IMG/VR virus record: IMGVR_UViG_3300028887_000099
Location: 1 to 64,000 of that record
Length of the DNA: 64,000 nt
Reading direction: 5' to 3' (one strand)
Source: a virus
Taxonomy: Duplodnaviria; Caudoviricetes
The position numbers and the translations under genes were made by a program. Shown here one piece after another: positions 26,886-37,138 of this stretch. How positions within the stretch are numbered: position 1 is the first letter of the stretch; each line of letters begins with the position of its first letter. The notes under the pieces are model-generated. The model had not been told where the DNA came from and did not search any database. It saw only the letters and a program-made list of their open reading frames with translations.

Positions 26886-27134
26886 ATGAGAGACCCTAAT
26901 CGTATTGATGAATTTTGTGAACAAATTAAGCGCACTTGGCATCATTTTCCAGATTGGCGTTTTGGACAGCTTGTAGCGAATATTTTTGGAATCTATGATA
27001 ATCCTTCTTTTTTCTATATTGAAGATGAAGATGCTTTACGGTATTTTAAAGCTCAGGAAACTCCTATGAGTGAAGAAGAAGCAGAGGAATTTTGGAATAA
27101 AGCCCACGGGTTATGGGAGAGAAAAAAACTATGA
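26886..27134 (+). CDS. Conserved phage hypothetical protein (MRDPNRI...PDWRFGQL type)
   Basis: RBS AAGGAG, ATG 26886; 82 aa. Confidence 0.7.
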   Translation: MRDPNRIDEFCEQIKRTWHHFPDWRFGQLVANIFGIYDNPSFFYIEDEDALRYFKAQETPMSEEEAEEFWNKAHGLWERKKL

Positions 27135-27544
27135 ATTTGAAAACTAGTCTAAATCCTAAAGTACATCAGCGTGCAGTTAATAGAGTACTACGTGACGTTA
27201 ATAAAAATATTGAGAATGACGAATTGTGGCAGGGTCGTTTTTTTATTCGTCAATGGGCGCGGCAGGTAGTAACTTATGAAGACCATAGTGGGATGCTTCT
27301 TTATCTTGAATTGCGTTTTTATGATAAAAAAACCAAAAAGTTCATTCGGTATTTTTGTGACTCTCTTGATGTAATTGCATGGGGCGGTTCTAGAATTTTC
27401 TATAAAATGAATGATTTTATTGTATTAGATCTTGATGTATGGCGTAATGAAGACCCTCGAAATGAAAGATTTGATTGGCGCACGATTCCAGCAGAGAAGA
27501 TAATAAAAACAGCGACAAATTTAAAAGAGGATTGGATACGTTAA
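27131..27544 (+). CDS. Hypothetical protein
   Basis: ATG overlaps the previous stop; 137 aa. Confidence 0.65.
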   Translation: MNLKTSLNPKVHQRAVNRVLRDVNKNIENDELWQGRFFIRQWARQVVTYEDHSGMLLYLELRFYDKKTKKFIRYFCDSLDVIAWGGSRIFYKMNDFIVLDLDVWRNEDPRNERFDWRTIPAEKIIKTATNLKEDWIR

Positions 27545-27759
27545 TGAAAATAATAATTTATGGTGGAAGAGTTGGTCAAGGAACCGAATGGAGTGAAGAA
27601 TTTGACTTCAACGAGGATTCTACTATAGAGGATATTAATTATTTTGCGTGCGGTCTTTCAGAAGATTTTATAGAAGAAACCTTAGCTTATGCACCAGATA
27701 TGTATGATTTTTGGTATGAATGGGAAGAAGAAAAAATAGAGTATACTAATAAGGAGTAA
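27544..27759 (+). CDS. Small acidic hypothetical protein
   Basis: TAATG coupling; 71 aa. Confidence 0.55.
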   Translation: MKIIIYGGRVGQGTEWSEEFDFNEDSTIEDINYFACGLSEDFIEETLAYAPDMYDFWYEWEEEKIEYTNKE

Positions 27760-27763
27760 TAAA

Positions 27764-27988
27764 ATGAAAAATCTTGCTATGGCTAAAGTTCGCTACTGGA
27801 ATGAAGTTGAAGGGTTGACGGAAAATTGTAATGTTTTGTTGTACTGTAATAGTTTTGTAGATGGTGTAGAACAGCTTGAAGAATATTATGGAAAAGAACT
27901 TGAAAAAGTAGAGATAGAGTTGTTTGATACAGGATTGTGGCATGTCTCAGATGAGGTTGCTGCATCACTTATAAAAGATTTTGTATAA
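27764..27988 (+). CDS. Hypothetical protein
   Basis: RBS AAGGAG; 74 aa. Confidence 0.65.
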   Translation: MKNLAMAKVRYWNEVEGLTENCNVLLYCNSFVDGVEQLEEYYGKELEKVEIELFDTGLWHVSDEVAASLIKDFV

Positions 27989-28023
27989 ATTTGATGACGG
28001 CGCGCCTTCAACATAGAATAAAA

Positions 28024-28056
28024 AAGCTAAGTAGGTTCGTCTACTTAGCTTTCTTT
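28024..28056. terminator. Bidirectional terminator
   Basis: AAGCTAAGTAG/CTACTTAGCTT hairpin flanked by A and T tracts between convergent genes. Confidence 0.7.
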
Positions 28057-28428
28057 TTAATCTGCGCCGTTTCTATAAGGATAGTCCTCTAATTCTTCAG
28101 CCATATATTCAGTACAACTTCCATCAAGAGAAGTCACAAATTTATAACGTCCGTTCCATGTACGAGTTGCCTCAATTAAAATACTATTATATAATGATGT
28201 GTCATCATTTTCAAATAAAAAATAAACTAAACCATTATTAAATCCTTCTAAAATTTCTGCAGCGGTTTTATCACATTCAAATATATTCTATTCATAAGTT
28301 ACTGTAACTATCATGCTTTTACCTCCAGAACCACCTTGATTTAATTGTTCCAACATCCCTCGTAAAATCCATGGGTTTGGATTTGAAGGAGTTTCCATTA
28401 TATAGTTCACAATTTCTTCTATCTCCAT
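28057..28428 (-). CDS. Hypothetical protein, code 15
   Basis: RBS AGGAG; MEIEEIVNYIMETPSNPNP...; one in-frame TAG; 123 aa. Confidence 0.6.
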
Positions 28429-28541
28429 AATAGGTAAAACCTCCTATAAATCTTAATTACCCTAATATATAAGTCTAAAATTTTCCAAAAAACTTTAAGA
28501 AATATATGGCTGGATGACCTAGCCGTCCAAGGAGTAATTTT

Positions 28542-28766
28542 ATGGAATTTTGGTATGAAGTTCCATTCATTGTATCTTATTTTAATGTTGAGGGCGCGCA
28601 GTCTATTGGAGTAGCATATCACGAATATATAATTGATCTAAAAGAACGGCGCGCAACTTCAACAAAAGAAATTTTAGAAGCGGGTATAAAAAGAGGTCAA
28701 GATCCTGATGATATAATTATTGAATCTGAAAATTATGAAATTTATGTGGGTGCGTTTTAGGCATGA
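28542..28766 (+). CDS. Hypothetical protein
   Basis: RBS AAGGAG; TAG 28758 followed by GCA TGA. Confidence 0.6.
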
Positions 28767-28799
28767 CCGGGCGCACCTTAAAATTTTCCAGAAAATTTT

Positions 28800-29410
28800 C
28801 CTCAAAATTTTGTAAAAACGTTTAAAGAAGTTTACATTAAAGTGTAAACGATGAAGAATATACTCAAAATTATAATTAAGCGCAAGCTTTAGGTGTAAGT
28901 TTTAGGCGTAAGGTTTGAAGTAAGTTTGAAGTAAGCTTGAATCTGTTAACGCTACTGCCAGCGCGAAGCGCTGGCGTGGGGGGTTGAAGGGGGGAAGAAC
29001 CGGGGAGCGAGAGCGCGAAGCGCTCTCGTGGAGCGGTTCTGTGCCTCCCCCCTGGAGCGAGCGCGTAGCGCGGAGCGCTACGCAGGGAGCTTCTATAAGT
29101 AATACTTATAAGTAGTACTTATAAGTAGAATCTAATACGGCTCAACCTTAATTTTGGTCGGTGGCAATGGAAGCTGTCGGTGGCATAGAAAAAAACTAAT
29201 TGAAGGAAGTTTTGGAGGAGAGGTTTAGTGGGTTTTTGGGAAGTTTTGGTAAGTTTTAGTGAGTTTTGGTGAGTTTTGGTGAGTTGTTCCTGCCCTCAAA
29301 TTTTGAAAGTTAGCAAATTTTGAAAGTTGTCAAATTTTGGAGAGAAAAAACAGAGGGAGCTTTCGCTCCCTCGTATACGTTGTACTTATAAGTAGTACTT
29401 ATAAGTAGGG
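28800..29410. repeat. Non-coding origin-like region: GCGAAGC hairpins and 26-bp direct repeats
   Basis: Hairpins 28957-75, 29008-28, 29063-83; TACTTATAAGTAGTACTTATAAGTAG at 29103-28 and 29383-408; TTTTGGTGAG repeats. Confidence 0.7.
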
Positions 29411-29411
29411 C

Positions 29412-29780
29412 TTAAGCCCGCTTGTATCCAACGACCTTACGACCGTCGACCTTCAGCTCGCCCTTCTCGACTCCCTCCATCTTGTTGAGCAGAGTGGAAG
29501 CCTTAGACGGGGTAATATCAAGGGCTTCGGCGAACACGGTACGAGTCTGAAACTCGTCAGTCAGAATTTCTGCGAGAGCTTCCTTCAGCTTCGCATCGTA
29601 CTCCTGAGCAGCCAGCTGCTTTGCGGAAGGCTTGCGCTCAGCGTTCTTGCGCTTCTCATTCTGCGCGTCATGCTTCTCCAGACGACCGCGCACCATCTCC
29701 AACAGCTCGTCGCGGTTGGCCTCGGTCTCGCCAGTCTCCAGAACGTTAATCAGCTCTACGTACATCTCACGAATAGTCAT
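29412..29780 (-). CDS. MTxRE-family winged-helix protein, paralog 1
   Basis: MTIREMY; C-terminal HTH and wing ...KVDGRKVVGYK. Confidence 0.65.
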   Translation of the reverse strand: MTIREMYVELINVLETGETEANRDELLEMVRGRLEKHDAQNEKRKNAERKPSAKQLAAQEYDAKLKEALAEILTDEFQTRTVFAEALDITPSKASTLLNKMEGVEKGELKVDGRKVVGYKRA

Positions 29781-30306
29781 GGTTGGTCCTTTCTGCGCCT
29801 GTGCGCAAGCGTTGGTCGCTACCCATCTGATGTCGCCAGATTCTTAAGCCTTTTAGCGACGATAAGGCTCGCATTTCAGTCTTTCTCTCTCACTTTCTAT
29901 ATATATTATAGCACGAATTTTAAAATTTTTCAAAGTTTAAAAGAAAAAATTTAAAAATTTTAAAATTTGACAAAAAATTTCCAAATTTTGACAACACGCA
30001 GCTTATATTTCTCCTTATATTATAACATAAATTTTAAAAAATGTCAAATTTTTGCAGCTCTAGGGATTGTTTCAAACGCAGCTCAGGCGCAGCTCAGCTG
30101 CTATGAACGGGTGGCTTCGTTAAGTAAAACGCACCCGCGAATCTCATCGAGTGGAACGCTTGTGCTTCGGTTTACATAATATGGTGTTATGTCAACCTGC
30201 GGGCATAAGATTACAAATAGTTACAAAATTTGACTTTTTTAAAACTTGACATAAAATGGAATTTAGACGTGCACGTCTAAAACAACATATAAAAAAAATC
30301 TGTCTA

Positions 30307-30963
30307 TTACCAGACAGATTTTTTCATTTTTTTATGTTGTGACATACACCGCGCGAAAATCTCTTTTTCGATTAGTACATCTTCAAGACCTGTATGACTT
30401 TCAATAAAGTCATTATTTAAGGTGATGTACCGATATAAAATTTCGGCGGTCGCGCGTGGAGTACCGTTTTTCTTTAAATAATCATTGCGTGCACACCAAC
30501 GAATGTATGTCGGTTGGCAACAAATAGTATCTTGTGCCATCTTCAAAGTATCCCACAAGGGAATGCCGTATGGAAGAAAATAACGTGTGCGCGACTTCGT
30601 CAAGTATCGAATAGTGTATGCGGTTGACCGATAATCAAAACGCGCATTGTGTGCAATGATTGCGCGCACGTTCCACTTCTCGCACAATTCACGCACAATT
30701 TTACGCGCAGTATAAATAGATACAATTTTGCGCGTACCTTGCCGGATTTGCTCTTCATACATCGCGCGCTTTTCGGCGTAATAAGCGGTATCAAACAGGG
30801 CGCGGTCAGCACAAAAAACCTCATAAATAATGAGGCTAAAAGTTTCATAAATGCGCCCGTGCTTATCGACAATTGCTCCACCAATGTCATACATAATAGG
30901 GTCATCCAGAGAATTTGCCGTTTCAGTATCAAGTACCATATAATAGGAAATGCGCCTGTCCAT
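30307..30963 (-). CDS. DEDDh 3'-5' exonuclease (DnaQ-like)
   Basis: VLDTET, AHNARFD, WDTL, HTGLED. Confidence 0.8.
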   Translation of the reverse strand: MDRRISYYMVLDTETANSLDDPIMYDIGGAIVDKHGRIYETFSLIIYEVFCADRALFDTAYYAEKRAMYEEQIRQGTRKIVSIYTARKIVRELCEKWNVRAIIAHNARFDYRSTAYTIRYLTKSRTRYFLPYGIPLWDTLKMAQDTICCQPTYIRWCARNDYLKKNGTPRATAEILYRYITLNNDFIESHTGLEDVLIEKEIFARCMSQHKKMKKSVW

Positions 30964-31066
30964 ATCTAAGACCTCCTTTTAAGATATACTAAGTTTACCA
31001 TAAAAAAGGAATAAAAGCAAGAGTAGTTTTTAGACGTTACACGTCTAAAATTAAGGGAAAGACGGA

Positions 31067-31348
31067 TTACTCCGTCTTTTCCTTTTTCTTGGCATCCGCC
31101 TTGGCCTTGCGCTCCGCTCGCTCCCGAAGCTTGTCAGAGTACTGCTCCCGGGCGGAAACATAATCGTCCTCGCCGGACTTGAGGATGGACACGGTCACGA
31201 CCATGATGCCTTCCTCACCATCTTCGACCACAGGCAAATTGAGCTTGTTGGACTCAATATAACCCACGTCCTCACCGTGCTCTTCCAGAAGATTATAAAT
31301 TGCCTCCAGATAACGAGCACGACACTTATTCGCAAGGGACAACTTCAT
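31067..31348 (-). CDS. Hypothetical protein, paralog of 32587-32874
   Basis: GEDVGYIESNKLNLPVVEDGEEG. Confidence 0.65.
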   Translation of the reverse strand: MKLSLANKCRARYLEAIYNLLEEHGEDVGYIESNKLNLPVVEDGEEGIMVVTVSILKSGEDDYVSAREQYSDKLRERAERKAKADAKKKEKTE

Positions 31349-31478
31349 GAGAAACACCTCCTTAAACTGTACTTAAAAGATACCATATTTTTTAAAATTT
31401 GTCAAGAAGTTTTTTTAGACGTAACACGTCTAAATTATTTTTTTATGAAAAGAGGACACTTTCGTGTCCTCTTTCGTT

Positions 31479-31856
31479 TTACTCCGCACGCTTGTACGTG
31501 ACCTTGGAGTGCTTGGAGTCAATCTTGCGCTTGCCCTTGACGATAGAATTGCCCATCGTCCGGACAGCAGAAGCGACCTGCGGAGCGGTCAGCCCAGTCT
31601 GCTCGGCGACCTCGTCAGCGGTGTACTCGTCGCCGTTCTCCTCAAAGAACTTGACGACCTTGGCGCGCCGGTCAGCAACCTCGGCGTTCTCCTTGCGCGG
31701 ACGCTCCTTAGCCTTGGCGTTCTTGGCATCCATCGCGGCGATAAGCCCATGCGCCTTTTCAGCCATAGCCTTGGTATCCACACAGCCAGTGGGGTCATCG
31801 CTCTCAATCACGTCAATCAGATCGAGAACATTCACATAAAACTCGCGGGTAGTCAT
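31479..31856 (-). CDS. MTxRE-family winged-helix protein, paralog 2
   Basis: MTTREFY; YTADEVAEQTGLTAPQVASAV...KIDSKHSKVTYK. Confidence 0.7.
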   Translation of the reverse strand: MTTREFYVNVLDLIDVIESDDPTGCVDTKAMAEKAHGLIAAMDAKNAKAKERPRKENAEVADRRAKVVKFFEENGDEYTADEVAEQTGLTAPQVASAVRTMGNSIVKGKRKIDSKHSKVTYKRAE

Positions 31857-32003
31857 GGGGAACTCCTTTCATAATTGGCGTCGGTCGCCACCCTTTTTTG
31901 TTCCTTCCCTTGGAACAATTATAATATAACATATTTCTTTTTCTTTGTCAATGATTAATTTAGACGTTACACGTCTAAACTAATCAATAAAAAAAATGCG
32001 CCG

Positions 32004-32483
32004 TTATGTCAACGGCGCGCAAGTGTAAGCAGAAATCTTTCCATTGTATTCTTTTGCCAACATTTGGCACTTTGCAGTTTGTTCTTTACTCATACAGTAA
32101 CAGTTGAAAATGTGCCATTTACCAAGAGTTTGGTAATTATTTGGAATTTTATAAACATCGGCAAGTTTCACATGAATGTATTCGGCAGAATTTTCATAAG
32201 GTATTGCCATTTCAATTTTCCATAATTTTTCTTTTTCTGTTTTTTGCTCTATCCATTTTACACAAAAAACACCGATAAAATTTGCAGTTGCTACAATTAG
32301 AATTTTTTCCCAAAGCGGTAAATCGCATACAGTATATACAATAACTACTGTATAAAGACCATATGCAATTGCATTTGCCAGAGCAGCGACAGTTTTACCA
32401 CCTTTTACAGTAGCAATAGATTTTACAGTTTGGAAAATTACATTTGCAATATTTAGAACAACAAAAACCACCAACAATTTCAT
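32004..32483 (-). CDS. Membrane protein (DUF2179/DUF5698-like)
   Basis: Three to four N-terminal TMs (LNIANVIFQTVKSI...A..NAIAYG), soluble C-terminus. Confidence 0.55.
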   Translation of the reverse strand: MKLLVVFVVLNIANVIFQTVKSIATVKGGKTVAALANAIAYGLYTVVIVYTVCDLPLWEKILIVATANFIGVFCVKWIEQKTEKEKLWKIEMAIPYENSAEYIHVKLADVYKIPNNYQTLGKWHIFNCYCMSKEQTAKCQMLAKEYNGKISAYTCAPLT

Positions 32484-32586
32484 TTTCGGAAACTCCTTTC
32501 TAATTTCTATACATACTATAACATATATACTTTTTTTTGTAAAGAGTTTAGTTTAGACGTAACACGTCTAAAACTAAAAAGGTGGA

Positions 32587-32874
32587 TTACTCCACCTTTT
32601 CCACAGTCTTTTTCTTTGCGGCGGCTTTTGCAGCACGTTCTGCACGTTCGCGCGCCTTATCAGCATAGACTTCACGCTTCATATAGTTATCATCTCCGCG
32701 GTCTTTCGGTACTTTGACAACAACTTCAATAAAGCCCTCTTCACCATCAATTACAATCGGGAAATTAAAGCTGTTGCTTTCAATCATCCCAACATCTTCC
32801 CCAAGACTTTCGACAAAATCAAAAATCTTCTTCACGTATTCGGCGCGCGCCTTATCAGCAAACTTAATCGCCAT
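32587..32874 (-). CDS. Hypothetical protein, paralog of 31067-31348
   Basis: GEDVGMIESNSFNFPIVIDGEEG. Confidence 0.65.
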   Translation of the reverse strand: MAIKFADKARAEYVKKIFDFVESLGEDVGMIESNSFNFPIVIDGEEGFIEVVVKVPKDRGDDNYMKREVYADKARERAERAAKAAAKKKTVEKVE

Positions 32875-32986
32875 TTTTAAGAACCCCTTTCTTTATTTTC
32901 TAATTTATTTTAACATAAATTTTTAAAAAAGTCAAATTTTAATTTAGACGTAACACGTCTAAATTGGATGGGAAGAAAAATGGGAA

Positions 32987-33859
32987 TTACTCCCATTTTT
33001 TTCCAGTGAAATCTTGAACTGTTCCCAAAATTTTGAATGGAAAAGCAATAATTCCAATTTCAAAATTGTGTTTAGTCTTTTTTCCTATCATGGAAAAAAT
33101 TTGACTCTCAATATCGGCATCATCAATTGCCATATGCATTTCGTCAAAATCGTGTTCTCCCATGATATAACGGAAAGTAGATTCTGCACTTGTTTTAAAA
33201 TATTTTCCGCTTGCCGTTGTCCAATTTTTATCAATACAAGTCTGCTTGTATTCTGGGGTATTAATAAGATGCTCACAAGACAAGCCCCAAAGGTCAAACA
33301 GGGGATAAATTTTATTACGAAAACGGAAAAGGTCAGATTCAAAAGTTTTTGCACTATCATGCCGTTTGCCATTTGCGATATCTGCGGCAATTTTGTTTTG
33401 TGTTTGCTCCCATTCATAAAAATCGGGAGAATAAAGCTTATTAATATAAAGCTCAGTAAAAGGAATAGCTTTCTTGAAATCAAACATGGAATTGAAAGCT
33501 CCGACAGCTTGAACTTCTGCTGCATCATGCTCGAAAATTTCAACAGCTTCATTCCAATTTTTCAAAGTGGTTTCACCATTGGAAAGTCTTTCCAAATACA
33601 AAGGTCTTTTCCAAGCATAATAAGCCGTATCAAAAATTGCCGGAACAGAAAAGATTTCCGTAATAAGAAAAGAGCGGCGGCGATAAACTTTTCCCTTAAT
33701 ATCTACGATATTCCAAGCGAAATCGTAAATTAAAGGCTTTGCAATAGCTACATTCTGCTTTGCAATAGCAGTTTCAAGCGTGGCTGCAAAAGGCAAAGTT
33801 GCCGTTTCACAATCCAAAACCATATAATACTTGCGGCGTCCATCAAGTTTTTTTTCCAT
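32987..33859 (-). CDS. DEDDh 3'-5' exonuclease (DnaQ-like), second copy
   Basis: VLDCET, AFNSMFD, FDLW, HMAIDD; ATG 33859 with RBS. Confidence 0.8.
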   Translation of the reverse strand: MEKKLDGRRKYYMVLDCETATLPFAATLETAIAKQNVAIAKPLIYDFAWNIVDIKGKVYRRRSFLITEIFSVPAIFDTAYYAWKRPLYLERLSNGETTLKNWNEAVEIFEHDAAEVQAVGAFNSMFDFKKAIPFTELYINKLYSPDFYEWEQTQNKIAADIANGKRHDSAKTFESDLFRFRNKIYPLFDLWGLSCEHLINTPEYKQTCIDKNWTTASGKYFKTSAESTFRYIMGEHDFDEMHMAIDDADIESQIFSMIGKKTKHNFEIGIIAFPFKILGTVQDFTGKKWE

Positions 33860-34314
33860 TAGAAAAACTCCTATACATAATGTCAATCAAAGTTGGCGTC
33901 CCTCTCTTGATTGCATCTTAATATTACCATAGATTAAGAAAAAATGCAAGACCTGTTTTTAGACGTAACACGTCTAAGTTTGGGTGACGATAAAAGCGTG
34001 AATGGCCAATTCACGCTTTTTCGCCCCTTTTCAATCGTCTACAACTTTGGACATTGTAGACGCTGGCCATTTTTGGGCGGGCTGGTCAGCCACCACAAAG
34101 ATAACACATATGTAGGTCATCCTTTTCTATAATATTCAAGAGATTTCCCAAAAGACGTCCTTTACCTGTTTGGGTCAAAAGTCGGGAGTTTCTGCTGTCC
34201 AAAGGCGTTGTTTCTGTTCGCTCCACTCTCCCTTGACAATAACAATATAACATATCATATGGTTTTTGTCAATGCGCGATTTTAGACGTTACACGTCTAA
34301 GAATTTTTCAAAGG

Positions 34315-34560
34315 TCAAAACTGACCTTTGAAGATTTCTTCAAACTCCTCTGGAGCACAAGTTGGGTGTGCTTTAAGAAAATCAATGGCTTCTTCAAAAC
34401 CATCAAACTGGCAAAGACAGTCTTTGCGCTCCCCCAAAGCATAGCACAACATATCATAAGCGGTAGCATAGGCAACTGCTGCGTCAAACCTCTTCTGGTC
34501 GCTCCAGTACTTTTCACGATACAGAAAGATTACTGCAAGTACTTTCATCAATTCATTCAT
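34315..34560 (-). CDS. Hypothetical protein
   Basis: Cassette with promoter and palindrome; 81 aa. Confidence 0.6.
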   Translation of the reverse strand: MNELMKVLAVIFLYREKYWSDQKRFDAAVAYATAYDMLCYALGERKDCLCQFDGFEEAIDFLKAHPTCAPEEFEEIFKGQF

Positions 34561-34703
34561 TTCTTTATCTCCTTTTCTTTTTATATTTATATACTACCAT
34601 ATTTTCGTAATTTTGTAAAGTAGTGTTTTTAGACGTAACACGTCTAATTTTATTTTTTTAAAAAATGAGGGGAAACTTTTATTTCCCCTCTGCCGGAATG
34701 GGG

Positions 34704-35060
34704 TCACTCCCCAATGTAACGGTAAATCGTCTTGCGGTGCTTGGAATCCACCTTAATAGTGGACTTCTCCACCTTGCCCGCCGTCACGAGGGCACGCAGA
34801 GCAGACGGCACCTGACCCTTGGTCACATTAGCAACCTCAGCAAGAGCCTCGGCATCAACCGCATCCTCAGCCTGCATAATGCAAGCAATCACACGGTCAC
34901 GGGCAGCAGCAGCCTCAAGCTGCGCCTTGGTGGGCTTGTCGCTCTCACGCCGCTTGGCGTTAACAGCATCCATCTTCGCAAGCTCGGTGTTTGCATACTC
35001 GGTCATCTCCTCAGAGATGGCGGCACTGGCTACGGCACTCAGAAATTCACGCTTGGTCAT
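34704..35060 (-). CDS. MTxRE-family winged-helix protein, paralog 3
   Basis: MTKREFL; DAEALAEVANVTKGQVPSAL..LV..GKV...KVDSKHRKTIYR. Confidence 0.7.
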   Translation of the reverse strand: MTKREFLSAVASAAISEEMTEYANTELAKMDAVNAKRRESDKPTKAQLEAAAARDRVIACIMQAEDAVDAEALAEVANVTKGQVPSALRALVTAGKVEKSTIKVDSKHRKTIYRYIGE

Positions 35061-35213
35061 GGTTTTTACCTTTCTCCGTTTTACGGACTGTCGGCTGTCC
35101 TTTTTAATTTTGGGGTTCTTTCTGTCCCCTTTGTGATTATAATATAGCATAGATTCTTTTTTTTGTCAACAATTGATTTTAGACGTAACACGTCTAAACT
35201 TAAAAAGGGAAGA

Positions 35214-35375
35214 TTAAGAATAATCTTCCTCTTCCCAATCACTTGGATAGTCTTCTGGTTCATCAGCACCACAGTACCATTCACAATTCACATAGTCTCC
35301 ATCATCACAATAAGGACAATGGTAATGACCATCCCAACCTACTTCATCACAAGGGGTAATAGACCGCAAACTCAT
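35214..35375 (-). CDS. Small acidic Cys-rich peptide
   Basis: RBS GAGG; MSLRSITPCDEVGWDGHYHCPYC...; 53 aa. Confidence 0.5.
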   Translation of the reverse strand: MSLRSITPCDEVGWDGHYHCPYCDDGDYVNCEWYCGADEPEDYPSDWEEEDYS

Positions 35376-35608
35376 TTTATATCCTCACTTTCCATAGTAT
35401 ATGAATTAGATTAAAACGTGCTATGACTTGATAAAAATTTTTCCCAATTCTGATAACTCCGGTATTTTTAGAGGGGAGTTTTTCAATAATTATTTTCATT
35501 TTTAAATTTTTCCTTTCTTTGATGATATTACTGTATCATATTTTTTAGAAAAAATCAAATTATTTTTTAGACGTTGTACGTCTAAATTTAAACTTTTGGG
35601 AGATTTTT

Positions 35609-36070
35609 TTAATCTCCCAAAAATTCTGCCAGAAAATTGACTATATTAATTTTTTCTGGATTGATACGAATCGCACCCGCCCGCTTTGAAATTTCTTTAG
35701 CGACATCTTCTGAATCATCAAAAAAGATGTTGATTGCATCCGATACCATGTATTTACTTTTTGGCGTGCCATACTTTACCAAATGAATTTCATCAAAAGG
35801 AAAATCATAAGTTTTCAGCCAGTCACGCTTGGCTTTTCGAGTAGCTCGATTATATTCAAGGTTAGATTCACGAGAGAGCCAAGAAACAATCGTCACTCTA
35901 TGACCGAGGGCGCGCAATAGCTTTAGTGTAGCGGTCAGCTTCTCCATATCCCACATGGGGGAAGCATCAACATAAGGCGTAGGGTCACTGGCGCGCAGTT
36001 TCTCCAACCAACTTTCAACATGATACAAATCGGCGATTGTACCATCCATGTCAAAGATAAAATTGACCAT
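35609..36070 (-). CDS. HAD-family phosphatase/5'-nucleotidase-like protein
   Basis: FDMDGT motif I, K..WL, FFDDS. Confidence 0.75.
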   Translation of the reverse strand: MVNFIFDMDGTIADLYHVESWLEKLRASDPTPYVDASPMWDMEKLTATLKLLRALGHRVTIVSWLSRESNLEYNRATRKAKRDWLKTYDFPFDEIHLVKYGTPKSKYMVSDAINIFFDDSEDVAKEISKRAGAIRINPEKINIVNFLAEFLGD

Positions 36071-36205
36071 AACCGGAAAACTCCTCTCATATATTGTAAT
36101 TATATTATACTACTTTTATTTTTTTTGTCAAATTCTTTTTTAGACGTAACACGTCTAACTTTATTTTTTGGAGAAAATTACTACTTGTAATTTTCTCCAA
36201 AACTT

Positions 36206-36406
36206 TTAGTATTCATCAAGTCCGGACATTTCGGCTTCTTCATCAGAAATTTCACCGTTACTTGTCAGAACATATTCGCCTTCATTCCATTCGGCGGCGA
36301 TTTCTTCGGCAATAATTTGCGCTTCAAGAAGAGCAACAAATTCATCATTTGCCCCCACAATGAACTGTTCACCGGACATTTCTTCTGTAAAAAGATAATG
36401 TTTCAT
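36206..36406 (-). CDS. Small acidic hypothetical protein
   Basis: Cassette with promoter and RBS; 66 aa. Confidence 0.6.
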   Translation of the reverse strand: MKHYLFTEEMSGEQFIVGANDEFVALLEAQIIAEEIAAEWNEGEYVLTSNGEISDEEAEMSGLDEY

Positions 36407-36527
36407 TTTTGGAAAATTCCTTTCTTTTCTTTATTTTGTAATTGTAATATATCATATTTTTTTTAAAAAGTCAAATTATTTTTTAGACGTAATACGTCTA
36501 AATTAAAAAGAGGAGAAAATCCTTCTC

Positions 36528-36707
36528 TTAAATAAACCAATGGAGATAAATTATAAGAAATGCAATCGCTGGAATATAAATTGACTGCAAAATTATAAAA
36601 ATAATAACTAAAAAAGATGGATAACACCAATTCTTTTCTTGAATACATTTCCCAAATCGGACAAGTACCCATATCAAAAGTACACTAAAAATTATCCCCA
36701 TTTTCAT
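36528..36707 (-). CDS. Small membrane peptide
   Basis: 59 aa hydrophobic; ATG overlaps the stop of the upstream gene. Confidence 0.45.
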   Translation of the reverse strand: MKMGIIFSVLLIWVLVRFGKCIQEKNWCYPSFLVIIFIILQSIYIPAIAFLIIYLHWFI

Positions 36708-37021
36708 ATTTTTGCCATCCCTTTTTCATATTTTTTTTGAGCTTGCTCAATTAATTTTAGGATTGTTTTGTTGGGTTGATGTCTATAAATCCAAGCTACT
36801 TGTTCTTTTCGAGGAATAAATCCAGTCACAAGCTTTTTTTTGTTTGCGCTCCAAACTAAAACTATACCACTATCCATAAAACAAAGCCAGCTTCCTTTTT
36901 TTTCACTATATCGTTCCCGCAATACTTCATTGCCTAAACCGCACATTGCGCTCAACAGTGCAAATCTTTCATTTCTATCTATCATGATATGCCGCGAAAC
37001 TTGCGAAGTTTTAATATTCAT
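36704..37021 (-). CDS. Hypothetical protein
   Basis: Cassette ORF; 105 aa. Confidence 0.65.
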   Translation of the reverse strand: MNIKTSQVSRHIMIDRNERFALLSAMCGLGNEVLRERYSEKKGSWLCFMDSGIVLVWSANKKKLVTGFIPRKEQVAWIYRHQPNKTILKLIEQAQKKYEKGMAKI

Positions 37022-37138
37022 TTTTATCTTCCTTTCTTTAAATTCTAATTATATTATACTCTTTTTCTTTTTTTTTGTCAATTATATAGTTTAGACGTAA
37101 CACGTCTAAATAAAAAATCCGGAAAAACTTTTTCCGGA

